The notes below the pieces were generated by a model, which did not search any database, had not been told where the DNA came from, and saw nothing but the letters and a program-made list of their open reading frames with translations. The translations under genes and the position numbers were made by a program. Of a DNA stretch of 64,000 bases, positions 49,806 through 59,774 are shown piece by piece (within the stretch, counting starts at the first letter, position 1; the number at the start of each line of letters is the position of its first letter). Origin of the DNA: an uncultured virus (IMG/VR IMGVR_UViG_3300032266_000637) (taxonomy: Duplodnaviria; Heunggongvirae; Uroviricota; Caudoviricetes); IMG/VR virus record IMGVR_UViG_3300032266_000637; one strand, 5' to 3'.

Positions 49806-49819
49806 CTTGCATAAGTAGT
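49787..49819 (+). promoter_or_regulatory. phage late promoter GGGCG-N17-GCATAAGTAGT
   Basis: Exact motif heading the terminase operon. Confidence 0.8.
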
Positions 49820-49822
49820 TAC

Positions 49823-50083
49823 ATGAAGAGAATCAATCCAGATACCAACCAACCGTTCAAGTACGGCGACAAGCGCGCTGACGGAATGGTATTCTTTAAC
49901 TACCGTAGCGATAAACTACTCACCGGGTTTCAAGGTGAGCGTTGGTTAACGCCAGCAAAGTTCTTATTGGCTGAAGCAAGGGATCGGTTCCTTAAGCATA
50001 AAAAACGACGGCAAGATGGGAAACCCATAAGGATGACAAGAGGCAAGAATGAAAGATTGCGAGATAAAGAAGCCCATGTCTAA
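49823..50083 (+). CDS. basic hypothetical protein
   Basis: MKRINPDTNQPFKYGDKRADG; ATG 3 nt after promoter motif. Confidence 0.6.
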   Translation: MKRINPDTNQPFKYGDKRADGMVFFNYRSDKLLTGFQGERWLTPAKFLLAEARDRFLKHKKRRQDGKPIRMTRGKNERLRDKEAHV

Positions 50084-50354
50084 GAACTATGTTTACCAGA
50101 TCAAGGGCATTATGGAACTGCCCAACAAAGAAATCGGTGCGATCCGAGTTGCTATATGCTCAGTTGATATACTTGACTATGTGGATGTGCCAGCAGCCAT
50201 ATTTAACAAAGAGCTTCTTGCCTACCTCAAGTATCGATTGGCAGTAAACAACTATGTCGATGTGCGTAAGTTTCCAGACAAGATCACCAACCAGCTTAGA
50301 ACCCCACTGAATACCTATCTGGATAACTGGGTGTTGTCTTCCTCCTTCAAGTAA
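50049..50354 (+). CDS. hypothetical protein
   Basis: Overlaps both neighbours; start may be the downstream MSKNY. Confidence 0.55.
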   Translation: MKDCEIKKPMSKNYVYQIKGIMELPNKEIGAIRVAICSVDILDYVDVPAAIFNKELLAYLKYRLAVNNYVDVRKFPDKITNQLRTPLNTYLDNWVLSSSFK

Positions 50355-51334
50355 TGGCGATTGCTGGAGATACCCCCGTGCCGGTTCCTAGCGGCTGGAC
50401 GATTGCCTCCCAGCTAAAACCTGGTGACTATGTGTACGGCTCGGATGGACTGCCGCAGAAAGTCTACACTACCCACACCTACACCCCCGCCCAGATGTAT
50501 TTGGTCACGATGGGGGACGGTGTTGCCATTGAAACGGATCAGCATACCCTCCTGCCGATCAGCACCATCAACAACCGCATCGTAGAGAACAAGTACAAAG
50601 GTAAACGCAAGCGCAGAGCCGTCCAGAAGTTTGCCACACCGACCGAACTGCTCGAGCATGGGCTCAAAGGGACGAACAGGAACTGGCTGTTCTCGATCAC
50701 TAACACAGCCCCAGTGCAGTTCCCTCATGAAGACCACCCTGTACCCCCGTTCATTGCGGGGATGTGGATGACAAGACGCAACCATCAGAGTCACTTCTGC
50801 TTAAGGGAAGAGGTTTTGGAGTATGCCCAGAAAGAAATCCGTTCTTGTGGCTGGGCGTTTGTGATGTTGCGTAAGAATTTACTAGAATTGCGCCCCAACA
50901 TACGCAATTCGTTCTTAACTCGCTACCCTATCATCCCCACCACACTGCCAGTGGACTATTATTTCGGGTCAATTGAGCAACGGATTGACCTTTTGCGGGG
51001 ATTATTGGTTACAAACCCTAGCGCTTACAACAAAAAGACTGAAGAATTTCTGATTCACAGCAGAGATTTGCGTCATTTGATTAAATTGCAAGGAATTTGT
51101 GAATCATTGGGCATGAAAACCCAAGTTTTTGAGAATAAAATCTCTTTCACGCATAGATTACGTTTTAAAACCAACATCGTTCTGCTTCCGTGGCAAAAAG
51201 TTGAACCCAATTTGAAAAATGCGGGAAGAAGATCGATTACTGGTGTGGAGCCAATCCGTAGTTCGGCATCAATCCACATCACCACAGAAAAGCCCTTCGT
51301 AGTAGGGCAGGGATTTTTACCAATATGGCATTAA
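50354..51334 (+). CDS. free-standing degenerate intein-like protein (Hint + LAGLIDADG remnants)
   Basis: AIAGDTPVPVPSGW..LKPGDYVYGSDG.P..V block A; PPFIAGMWM and SIEQRIDLLRGLL endonuclease blocks; FVVGQGFLPIWH end. Confidence 0.75.
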   Translation: MAIAGDTPVPVPSGWTIASQLKPGDYVYGSDGLPQKVYTTHTYTPAQMYLVTMGDGVAIETDQHTLLPISTINNRIVENKYKGKRKRRAVQKFATPTELLEHGLKGTNRNWLFSITNTAPVQFPHEDHPVPPFIAGMWMTRRNHQSHFCLREEVLEYAQKEIRSCGWAFVMLRKNLLELRPNIRNSFLTRYPIIPTTLPVDYYFGSIEQRIDLLRGLLVTNPSAYNKKTEEFLIHSRDLRHLIKLQGICESLGMKTQVFENKISFTHRLRFKTNIVLLPWQKVEPNLKNAGRRSITGVEPIRSSASIHITTEKPFVVGQGFLPIWH

Positions 51335-52770
51335 CTAAACTTCAAGAAACGATTCTTGACAAATTTGCGCAAGCAAACAAGCATTGGCCAAAGGATCAGC
51401 TCGATCTAGCGTTATGGCGAGTGCGATGGGAGCTCATGGCACTAGATCATCAAAGGGAACCAGAAGATGGTGAGTACAACACGATGCTGATGCTCGCAGG
51501 TCGTGGTGCTGGTAAGACTTACACAGCGTCTAACTGGATTGGAATTCGAGCGTCTCTTTATAACGGCACTCGTTGGTTGGTAACAGCCCCCACTTCAAAC
51601 GATATTAGAGCAACTTGCTTTGAGGGTGACTCGGGACTGATGAACATCATCCCTCATACGCTCATTGACACCTACAACAAATCGCTGTTTGAAATCCACC
51701 TAAAAAACGGCTCGATCATTCAAGGTATACCTGGTTCAGAACCAGAACGGTATCGTGGTAAACAGTTCCATGGTGCGTGGTTTGACGAGTTGGCGGCGTT
51801 TGACTACCTAGACGATGCATGGGATCAAGCGCAGTTCACTCTGCGTCTACGGGACAGCCGTATCAAGCGAGTCCAGCAGATTGTTACCACCACCCCCAAA
51901 CCAAAAGAGCTCATCGTTGATCTGAACGAGGGTAAGGTAGGGGGTGATGTGTATGTGGTGAACGCCAGCTCGTACGACAACCGAGAGAATCTGTCTGAGT
52001 CGTTCTTCAACGCACTAGAGACATACGAGGGCACCGACTTAGGTAAGCAAGAGATCTATGGTGCGATCCTTGACCCCGAGGATGCGGGTATTGTCAAGCG
52101 TAAGTGGTTGAAGATGTGGCCAGCCAAACAAGCCACGCCAATTCTTGAGTATGTGATTGCCAGCTACGACCCAGCAACCAGTGAGAAGACGACTAACGAC
52201 CCGACTGCTTGCGAAGTGTTCGGTATCTTTGAGCACCCAGACAAAGGCACTTGTGTTATGTTACTGGACGCATGGGATACGCACATGTCTTACCCCGAGT
52301 TGCGTAAGAAAGTGATCAGCGATTTTAAAGAAGTGGTGTACGGATCAGACAACGACTTCGCTAAAGGGCGAAAGGCTGACCTCATACTGATGGAAGATAA
52401 GTCCGCTGGTATTTCACTGATCCAAGAGCTCCAAGGCTCGGGTGTACCAGTGCGAGGATACAACCCCGGCAAAGCGGATAAGGTGCAGCGATTGAACATT
52501 GTGGCACCGCTCATTGCTAAAGGGAAAATTTACATTCCAGAAGATCCAGACATCCCCGGCGAATTTGCACCATGGGCAAAACGACTCATTAGGCAAGTCT
52601 GCTCGTTCCCAGAGGCGGGTGGGCATGATGACTATGTGGATGCCCTATCACAAGCACTGAGGGTGCTCAGAGACTCTGGTTGGATCCAGCTTGACATTCT
52701 GCCAGCAAGAGACTATGGTTACTCAGATGATGAGAAAGCCAAGCAACGGTACAACCCCTATGCAGCATAG
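51325..52770 (+). CDS. terL: terminase large subunit
   Basis: AGRGAGKT Walker A, AWFDE Walker B, VTTTPK, SYDPA, MEDKSAG, HDDYVDA. Confidence 0.95.
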   Translation: MALTKLQETILDKFAQANKHWPKDQLDLALWRVRWELMALDHQREPEDGEYNTMLMLAGRGAGKTYTASNWIGIRASLYNGTRWLVTAPTSNDIRATCFEGDSGLMNIIPHTLIDTYNKSLFEIHLKNGSIIQGIPGSEPERYRGKQFHGAWFDELAAFDYLDDAWDQAQFTLRLRDSRIKRVQQIVTTTPKPKELIVDLNEGKVGGDVYVVNASSYDNRENLSESFFNALETYEGTDLGKQEIYGAILDPEDAGIVKRKWLKMWPAKQATPILEYVIASYDPATSEKTTNDPTACEVFGIFEHPDKGTCVMLLDAWDTHMSYPELRKKVISDFKEVVYGSDNDFAKGRKADLILMEDKSAGISLIQELQGSGVPVRGYNPGKADKVQRLNIVAPLIAKGKIYIPEDPDIPGEFAPWAKRLIRQVCSFPEAGGHDDYVDALSQALRVLRDSGWIQLDILPARDYGYSDDEKAKQRYNPYAA

Positions 52771-52802
52771 GGCGGAAACAGCCCCCAGTTTGCATAAGTA
52801 GT
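52770..52802 (+). promoter_or_regulatory. phage late promoter GGGCG-N17-GCATAAGTAGT
   Basis: Exact motif between terL and portal operon. Confidence 0.8.
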
Positions 52803-52810
52803 AATAGATC

Positions 52811-53650
52811 ATGGCACTCGACCTACTTAAAACCCCCTACGAATTGCTGTTAGAGCAAGCTGGCTATCCACGGATGCAAGCAGGTGGACAACCGCCGAGA
52901 AATGCATCACTAATGGCAATGGCTTCTAGATATGGTGGTTTGGGTGGTGCGGGTCAAAGCGTAGATATGACCTCATCCAATCCAATCAATGTGTATCGTG
53001 CAGATCCTACTGGCAGATACGGCGGTAAAGATCGCATGGAAACCCGCCCAACGGTGCTAGACAAAACAACCCTTCAAGATTACATTAAAGCCATGCGTGA
53101 GGGAGAAGCCCTCGGTGTTCCTCAGTTAACTCAAGATCAATTAGCAAGAATGGCATTAGTAGAGGGTCGTAGCGACTTTGGTTTTAATGCTTTAAATGAA
53201 GACAACAAGCTGGCTATGAAGAAAGCACAACTCTTGCAAGAAATGGGACACAATCGTGTGCCTGCTGACTTTGCTGCAGCCTTGTATGACAAGCAAAAAG
53301 TAGCTGAAAGAATTAACAAACCGTTCCAAGAAGTATGGAACGGTACAGGTCGTTCTGGAATGACAGGCAGAACAGGAGCCCAACACAACGATCGATATAA
53401 CGAGTTTGGTTACGCTGTTGACCATCCTAAAAATGCAGACTTGATGCAAGCCATCAATGAGGCGTATAATTATCAACCACCAGTCAAACAAACTCTAGGT
53501 GCCAATGAGTACGCCGATCCGATGGGAAGTTACATTCCTACAATCGAGCAAAACAAACCTGGTAGACTGTATGCAAATGGTGGTGCAGTAAAACCTAAAA
53601 CCTTTCATGACATAAGCAAGTTGCTTATTCAAAAACATCTTGGAAAATAA
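52811..53650 (+). CDS. hypothetical virion-associated protein
   Basis: 279 aa between terL and portal; MQAGG and YANGGAV motifs. Confidence 0.55.
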   Translation: MALDLLKTPYELLLEQAGYPRMQAGGQPPRNASLMAMASRYGGLGGAGQSVDMTSSNPINVYRADPTGRYGGKDRMETRPTVLDKTTLQDYIKAMREGEALGVPQLTQDQLARMALVEGRSDFGFNALNEDNKLAMKKAQLLQEMGHNRVPADFAAALYDKQKVAERINKPFQEVWNGTGRSGMTGRTGAQHNDRYNEFGYAVDHPKNADLMQAINEAYNYQPPVKQTLGANEYADPMGSYIPTIEQNKPGRLYANGGAVKPKTFHDISKLLIQKHLGK

Positions 53651-53653
53651 TTA

Positions 53654-56566
53654 ATGGCTCTACCTCAACTACCCGTCCAAGCAGGCTCAAACCTTGCATC
53701 ATTGGAGCGAGATAAGGATATTGAACAGACGCAATTAAGCGAACAAGAAATTGAAGCTTACGAAGATGCGTTAGGTTTACAAGGCGATGATAAGACGCTA
53801 GACGAAGAAGTAATTGAGTTAGATGATGGCTCAGTCATTATTAACTACACACCTACAGAAGGCCCGTTAAAGAATCCAGAGTTCTATGCTAACTTAGCAG
53901 AAGAAATGGACGAAGGTGTCTTAGATGGCTTGGCTACTGAGTTTATTGAACTCATTGATGTTGACCGTGAAGCTCGTGAAGATCGAGATAAACAATACGA
54001 GGACGGTTTACGCCGCACTGGTTTAGGTAAGGACGCACCTGGAGGCGCAACCTTTGATGGTGCCTCTAAAGTCGTTCACCCCGTAATGGCAGAGTCATGC
54101 GTTGACTTTGCTGCTAGTACTACCAAAGAATTACTCCCACCAGATGGCTTAGTTAAATCCTACATCAAGGGCGAGACAGACAAGAAGCGTGAACAGACTG
54201 CTGAACGTAAAGCAACTTTCATGAACTGGCAGTTAACCGAGCAAGTAGTTGAGTATCGTGACGAGATGGAGTGTCTCCTAACCCAGTTACCCTTGGGTGG
54301 ATCACAGTACCTCAAATGGCGTTATGATTATGAACTGCGTCGTCCTACGACAGAGTGGGTTCCAATCGACAACATTCTGTTGCCATACGCTTCAAACAAT
54401 TTTTATACTTCCGCTCGTATAACGGAAGTGCAAGACATCACTGGTGATGTTTACCAACAACGAATTGACCAAGGCATTTATCGTGATTTAGAAGATGGTT
54501 ACATTTCAGATCTAGGTCCAGAAGAAATGACCCGTTCGCAAAAAGCGAACAATAAAATTGAAGGTAAAGAAAAACCAGAGAAGAATGTAGACGAAGTACG
54601 TCGCATTTTTGAAATTACTTGTTTTTTACGGCTAGAAGAAGATGAAGAAACTGAAGGCAAACGTGCTCCGTATATTCTCACAATTGACGAATCGTCTGGC
54701 AAAGTATTGGCTCTATATCGAAACTGGGCTTACGGAGATGAAAAGCTCGAGAAGCTGGATTGGTATGTCGAGTTTAAGTTTATTCCTTGGCGTGGTGCTT
54801 ATGCTATCGGTCTTCCTCACCTTATTGGCGGTTTGTCTGCCGCCCTTACTGGTTCTCTACGGGCTTTGTTGGATGCAGCCCACATTAACAACAGCCAGAC
54901 AATGCTTAAGCTTAAAGGTGGACGCATTGGTGGACAGTCTGACAGAATTGAACCCACGCAAGTAATAGAAATTGAAGGTGCACCTGGTGTTGATGACGTT
55001 CGCAAGATTGCGATGCCAATGCCGTTCAACCAGCCCTCTAGCGTATTGTTCTCCCTCCTTGGTTGGTTAACAGATGCAGCTAAAGGTGTTGTATCAACAT
55101 CGGAAGAGAAGATTGGTGAAGCTGGTAACAACATGCCAGTGGGAACAGCACAAGCTCTGATCGAGCAAGGTGCAAAAGTTTATTCTTCTATTCATGCTCG
55201 TTTACATCGTTCACAAGCTAAGTCATTACAGATCCTTTCTCGTATCAACCATTGGTGGTTGGAAGAGATGGACAATCAGTCTGGCGAAGAGATTGAGATC
55301 CGTGATTTTGCGGTTAACAATGACATCCGTCCTGTATCTGATCCTAACATCTTTTCTGAGACACAGCGTCTTGCCCAAGCTCAAGCAGTATTGCAGTTGG
55401 CTAACTCTGCACCTCAGATGTACAACTTGCGTGAAGCCCACCGTCGTGTGCTAAACCAGTTAAAAGTACCAAACATCCAAGAGATCCTACCAAACCCAGA
55501 TGGCGTGAAGGAATCTAACCCAGCACTCGAAAACGTTTCGATGGCTATGGGTCGTCCAGCGGCAGCTTACCCCGATCAAGATCATATTGCTCACATCAAG
55601 GTTCACTTGGCGTTTGCGATGGATAAGAACTACGGTTCTAGCCCATTGGTCGGTCCGGCGTATGCACCACACCTCTTAGAGCATTTGAAACAACACATCT
55701 CATTACATTACCTACAGTCCATGCGTAACTATGTTGCCCAAGCTGGCGGTGGCGAGGATGTATTCAAGCTTAATGAAGAGCGTCCAATGGACAAAACCAG
55801 TGAACAAGCTCTGGCAATCGCATCTCAACTGGTAACAGAAGACGCGGCACAAGAATTCCAAGGTATCATGCCAGCGATTCAGCAAATTGTTCAGAAGGTT
55901 CAACAAGCTCAACAGAACCAGCGTCAAATTGCTGCTGAGTCTGATCCGACTGCTCAAGTGATCATGAAAACTCAAATGGCTGAGACACAGCGTAAGTCAC
56001 AAGAGTTCCAAGCAAAGATGCAAGCTGAAGTTCAACAGCAACAACAAGAATTCCAGCTTAAAGTGGCTGAGTTGCAACAGAAAGTTCAAGACCTGCAAAC
56101 TAAGTACACTGTTCAGTCTAACATCGACAGTCAACGTAACGCTAAAGATATTGCCTTGGCAAATATCAACAATGCGGCTAAAGAGCGTGTGGCATTGATT
56201 GGGGCTGGTACTCAAATTGATCAGTATCAAGCTCAGTTAGAGCACGAGCAGAACTTAAACGCTATTCAAGCAACCCAAGCAGCAGAATCAGATATCCGTC
56301 AACATGGTTTGGCAGTAGAACAGGCAGCATTCCAACAGCAAGCACAACAATTGCAAGCTCAAGCCGATGCCGAAAGACAAGCTGCCATGGAAGCGCAAAA
56401 ACATCAGCAAGAAATGATGCAACAACAGTCGCAAGCTATGCAACAACCACGGCAACCTCAACAAGGTATGCCAGAAGCGGCGTTAGGGCAAGCAATACAG
56501 CAACAAGAACAGCAACCAGTAACACCAAACGTAGAACCAATAAAACCCCCACAAGGAGCAATATAA
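53654..56566 (+). CDS. portal protein with long Gln-rich C-terminal coiled coil
   Basis: FYANLAE, GASKVVHPVMAE, FMNWQLT, PVSDPNIFS; follows terL. Confidence 0.85.
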   Translation: MALPQLPVQAGSNLASLERDKDIEQTQLSEQEIEAYEDALGLQGDDKTLDEEVIELDDGSVIINYTPTEGPLKNPEFYANLAEEMDEGVLDGLATEFIELIDVDREAREDRDKQYEDGLRRTGLGKDAPGGATFDGASKVVHPVMAESCVDFAASTTKELLPPDGLVKSYIKGETDKKREQTAERKATFMNWQLTEQVVEYRDEMECLLTQLPLGGSQYLKWRYDYELRRPTTEWVPIDNILLPYASNNFYTSARITEVQDITGDVYQQRIDQGIYRDLEDGYISDLGPEEMTRSQKANNKIEGKEKPEKNVDEVRRIFEITCFLRLEEDEETEGKRAPYILTIDESSGKVLALYRNWAYGDEKLEKLDWYVEFKFIPWRGAYAIGLPHLIGGLSAALTGSLRALLDAAHINNSQTMLKLKGGRIGGQSDRIEPTQVIEIEGAPGVDDVRKIAMPMPFNQPSSVLFSLLGWLTDAAKGVVSTSEEKIGEAGNNMPVGTAQALIEQGAKVYSSIHARLHRSQAKSLQILSRINHWWLEEMDNQSGEEIEIRDFAVNNDIRPVSDPNIFSETQRLAQAQAVLQLANSAPQMYNLREAHRRVLNQLKVPNIQEILPNPDGVKESNPALENVSMAMGRPAAAYPDQDHIAHIKVHLAFAMDKNYGSSPLVGPAYAPHLLEHLKQHISLHYLQSMRNYVAQAGGGEDVFKLNEERPMDKTSEQALAIASQLVTEDAAQEFQGIMPAIQQIVQKVQQAQQNQRQIAAESDPTAQVIMKTQMAETQRKSQEFQAKMQAEVQQQQQEFQLKVAELQQKVQDLQTKYTVQSNIDSQRNAKDIALANINNAAKERVALIGAGTQIDQYQAQLEHEQNLNAIQATQAAESDIRQHGLAVEQAAFQQQAQQLQAQADAERQAAMEAQKHQQEMMQQQSQAMQQPRQPQQGMPEAALGQAIQQQEQQPVTPNVEPIKPPQGAI

Positions 56567-56793
56567 TGGCAATTAAAAAACAAGCTGGCGAAATTGGTTT
56601 TCGTCAAAATTACAAAGAAACCGGTCAATTATCAAGCGGTGGTGGTCCAGACGCTAAAGTAGACAATGGTAATTCAGGCTCAAGCAGAAACAATAATTGG
56701 AAAATTGGCGCATCACAGTGCAAGGTAACCAAGGATTCTAAAGTTGGTCCTGGTAAAAACCTTAAAGATATTGGTGGCGGTAATTTCTATTAA
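56566..56793 (+). CDS. small basic Gly-rich protein
   Basis: TAATG coupling to portal. Confidence 0.55.
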   Translation: MAIKKQAGEIGFRQNYKETGQLSSGGGPDAKVDNGNSGSSRNNNWKIGASQCKVTKDSKVGPGKNLKDIGGGNFY

Positions 56794-56796
56794 TTA

Positions 56797-56829
56797 GGGC
56801 GGAATAATCCCTCGTATTGCATAAGTAGT
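56797..56829 (+). promoter_or_regulatory. phage late promoter GGGCG-N17-GCATAAGTAGT
   Basis: Exact motif heading the capsid operon. Confidence 0.8.
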
Positions 56830-56832
56830 TAT

Positions 56833-57027
56833 ATGAGGGACTTAATTTCTGAATTAATCGAGCGTTTGAAAAACGCTGACAAAGATACAGCCGAAGCTCT
56901 AGCTTCTGGCAACAACATCCATAACTTTGATACATATCAAAGATTACTGGGTACTCGTGAAGGCATTCAACAAGCCAGAGCGATACTAGAGAACCTCTTA
57001 TCAGAGGATGACCAAGACGAAATGTAG
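56833..57027 (+). CDS. small helical head-region protein
   Basis: LASGN...FDTYQRLLG..EGI; precedes GroES. Confidence 0.6.
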   Translation: MRDLISELIERLKNADKDTAEALASGNNIHNFDTYQRLLGTREGIQQARAILENLLSEDDQDEM

Positions 57028-57053
57028 CCGTATGGCTTTAGGAGCAATGAAAA

Positions 57054-57491
57054 TTGTTTGATTTAAAACAAAATGAAGAACCAGATTTACGAACAGAGCA
57101 GGAATGCTTTCCAGACGTAGATCCAGGTGTAGAAATACTGGGTGATCGAGTACTTGTGCAGTTACGCAGAGAAAAAACCACCAGTAAAGGCGGTATCTTC
57201 TTAGTTGAAGAAACCAGACAGACGTTACGTTTTAACGAAACGGTAGCTAAAGTAATCAGCATAGGTCCATTGGCTTACAAGAGCCCACAAGATCTAACTC
57301 CTTGGGTAGAAGGCCCTTGGTGTCAAATTGGTGACTTAGTTCGTACGATTAAGTACGGCGGCGATCGATTTGTGTTGCAACCAGACGACGATGGTGCTCC
57401 AGTAGTGTTTATTACACTGCAAGCACGAGAAGTGATCTCTAAGATCAAATCGTTCGAGGCGGCACAGAAAATGAAAGCGTTTGTAGATTAA
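57054..57491 (+). CDS. groES: GroES-like co-chaperonin
   Basis: LGDRVLV....EKTTSKGGIFL...VISIGP...GDLV...KYGG; TTG start with AGGAG. Confidence 0.85.
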   Translation: MFDLKQNEEPDLRTEQECFPDVDPGVEILGDRVLVQLRREKTTSKGGIFLVEETRQTLRFNETVAKVISIGPLAYKSPQDLTPWVEGPWCQIGDLVRTIKYGGDRFVLQPDDDGAPVVFITLQAREVISKIKSFEAAQKMKAFVD

Positions 57492-57509
57492 CTTTGTAGA
57501 AAGTAAAGA

Positions 57510-58484
57510 ATGGCAGATCAAGAAAATAACATCCCCATTAAAGAAATGGACGATGGTAGTGTAAAAGCTTCCATGGGTGACGAAAAAGACCCTTTTGAGG
57601 GTGACGAGCAAGAAGTAGAAGTAGAGGTAGATGAGCATTCTGAAGGTGAAGAAGTTGAAGCGTCTGATGAAGATGACAACGATAACGAATCCGAAGAAGA
57701 TCGTGAGAGAATCCGTGAAGCTCGTCGTGAAGAACGCAAGTTAAAGAAAGAACTTCAAAAGCAACGTGAAGTTTCTTCCAAGCACAAGATTAGTGCACTT
57801 GAGAGACGCAATGAAGAATTGGCAAGGCGTTTAGCGGCAGTTGAAAACACTGCAGCATCTTACCAGTTCGCTCAAGTGGACAAAGCAATTGAAGATGAAG
57901 CTACTCGAGTAGAGTATGCCAAAATGAAGTTGGTGCAAGCGGCACAAGCAAATGATGCAAATGCCCAAGTAGAGTATTTAGAACAACTTCAAGATGCAAA
58001 AAATAAATTATCACAGATTCAAGCTTACAAAAAGCAACAATTAGATAATGCAAAGAACCCCAAGCAAAATGTTCCTAACGAAGTGTCAACAGAAGTACAG
58101 CGTCAGGCAACAACTTGGTTAAAAGATAACAAATGGTATGACCCACAAGCGAGAGATACAGATAGCAAAATCGCTAAGTTGGTTGACCAAGATTTAGCAG
58201 CAGAAGGTTGGGATCCATCAGACCCTGAGTACTGGGACGAATTGGATAATCGATTATCTGCTCGTTTGCCACATCGGTATTCGGCAAAAGCTGGTACAAG
58301 CAATCGTAGGGGTGGTCCGACTGCTTCAAGCAGAACGGCAAACCCATCTGGGAAAGCTGGAAACACCATTACTTTAAGTCGTGAACGTGTAAATGCAATC
58401 AAAGACGCAGGTGCATGGGATGATCCCATCAAGCGTAGCAAAATGATTAAAGCATATGCGCAGTTCGATAAAGATAACCGATAG
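57510..58484 (+). CDS. putative capsid scaffolding protein
   Basis: Acidic N-terminus, long coiled coil, W...N.WY, upstream of capsid gene. Confidence 0.7.
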   Translation: MADQENNIPIKEMDDGSVKASMGDEKDPFEGDEQEVEVEVDEHSEGEEVEASDEDDNDNESEEDRERIREARREERKLKKELQKQREVSSKHKISALERRNEELARRLAAVENTAASYQFAQVDKAIEDEATRVEYAKMKLVQAAQANDANAQVEYLEQLQDAKNKLSQIQAYKKQQLDNAKNPKQNVPNEVSTEVQRQATTWLKDNKWYDPQARDTDSKIAKLVDQDLAAEGWDPSDPEYWDELDNRLSARLPHRYSAKAGTSNRRGGPTASSRTANPSGKAGNTITLSRERVNAIKDAGAWDDPIKRSKMIKAYAQFDKDNR

Positions 58485-58495
58485 GAATAAAAATC

Positions 58496-59053
58496 ATGGC
58501 AAATACAAGAATTAAACGTGACTTAGACGATCGAATGATCGACCGAGCACAAGAAGTGGTAGAGCGCTCAACTAGCGCTGAACCAAATGACATTGCACGT
58601 CGTGAACGCCTTGATGCGTTTAGAGACAAGTGGGCAAATAGTGCGTTGCCCGATCTTCCTGCGGGGATTATTCCGGGGATGCACTTGTGTTGGTTGTCCA
58701 CAACCAATACTTACGACAGTATCGACAAACGTATGGCGTTGGGTTATGAGCCAGTTAAAGCCTCAGATTTAGGAAAAGGCTTTGAAGGACTAGGCAAGAT
58801 GAGCTCGGGCAAGTTTGAAGGCTGTGTTAGTTGTAACGAAATGGTGCTTTTTAAGTTACCAGAGGACATCTATCAAGAAGTAATGCGTATGCTCCATTTA
58901 GAGGATCCGCTAGAACACCAACGCAATATTACAGCGCAAGTTCGTGATACTGCACAAGGCAACAAAGGTGGTCGATCAGTTCTTGAGGGAGGTCTTCTAG
59001 AGATGGAAAAAGACACCGCAAAAGGGAATGCTAAAAACATTCACTTCCAATAA
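58496..59053 (+). CDS. head-region hypothetical protein
   Basis: LPD..AG..PG...CWL...GYEPV...MVLFKLPE. Confidence 0.6.
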   Translation: MANTRIKRDLDDRMIDRAQEVVERSTSAEPNDIARRERLDAFRDKWANSALPDLPAGIIPGMHLCWLSTTNTYDSIDKRMALGYEPVKASDLGKGFEGLGKMSSGKFEGCVSCNEMVLFKLPEDIYQEVMRMLHLEDPLEHQRNITAQVRDTAQGNKGGRSVLEGGLLEMEKDTAKGNAKNIHFQ

Positions 59054-59084
59054 CATTCTTCAAAATAACAAAGGAAATAAACTA

Positions 59085-59747
59085 ATGTCAACAACATTAC
59101 GTCCCTTTGGCATGAAGCCTGCGTTTCATCCTAGTGGCTTAGACCGTTCTGTACCATTTGCTGGTACAAACAGTTTCGTTACTGGTGTGACATACACAGC
59201 TCCTTACTCTTTGAGCTCTGGTCAGTCTTTCTACCAGTATCAACCAGTTGGAGTTACATCTTCCGGCCAATTAACAATCGCAGCTACTGCAGCTGCAACT
59301 AGCCCTGTATATGGCGTATTTGACGGTGTAGAATATACAACCGCTGAAGGTCGTCGTACATTAGGTAAATCAATCTCTAAGGCTTCTTTAGACGCAGCTT
59401 CTGCTATCGTATTTTGGATCTTCCAAGACCCAGCATTAATATACGAAATCCAAGCAGCTGGCTCAGTAACTTCTGCAGCTATTGGTTCACAGTACAACTT
59501 CTCCGCAACTTCTGGCTACACAACTGCTGATGGTTATACCATTGGTACAGGTGGCGCTGGTTTCTCCACAACAGCCTTGGCAGCTTCTGCCGTAGCTAGT
59601 GGTGCACAGGGTCAAGTTCGTGTTGTAGGTTTGGGTCGTGAAGTAGCGTACCCATCGGGCGAATTGAACAACTGGGGTGACACATACACCATCGTTCAAG
59701 TCGAAATCTCTAACAACACATTCCGCGCTCCTAAGGTCTCGGTTTAA
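59085..59747 (+). CDS. putative capsid decoration/minor capsid protein
   Basis: AAGGA RBS; PFGMKP...GVFDGVEY...DPALIYEIQ; immediately before MCP. Confidence 0.6.
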   Translation: MSTTLRPFGMKPAFHPSGLDRSVPFAGTNSFVTGVTYTAPYSLSSGQSFYQYQPVGVTSSGQLTIAATAAATSPVYGVFDGVEYTTAEGRRTLGKSISKASLDAASAIVFWIFQDPALIYEIQAAGSVTSAAIGSQYNFSATSGYTTADGYTIGTGGAGFSTTALAASAVASGAQGQVRVVGLGREVAYPSGELNNWGDTYTIVQVEISNNTFRAPKVSV

Positions 59748-59774
59748 TTAACAACGAAAGAAAGGTAATAAGCT

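Noticed and set aside
49199..49812. ORF-track calls 49199-49468, 49327-49560, 49630-49812 and the 5' extension of 49727
   Set aside because: They run through repeat or AT-rich regulatory DNA, lack a clear RBS and give no protein-like sequence
51322..51340. Frameshift fusing the intein-like ORF to TerL as a true intein
   Set aside because: No N-extein exists; a +1 shift gives His-Asn-stop; terL has its own ATG and complete motifs
57054..57491. GroES without GroEL as a novelty
   Set aside because: Stand-alone co-chaperonins in capsid modules are well known (T4 gp31 precedent)
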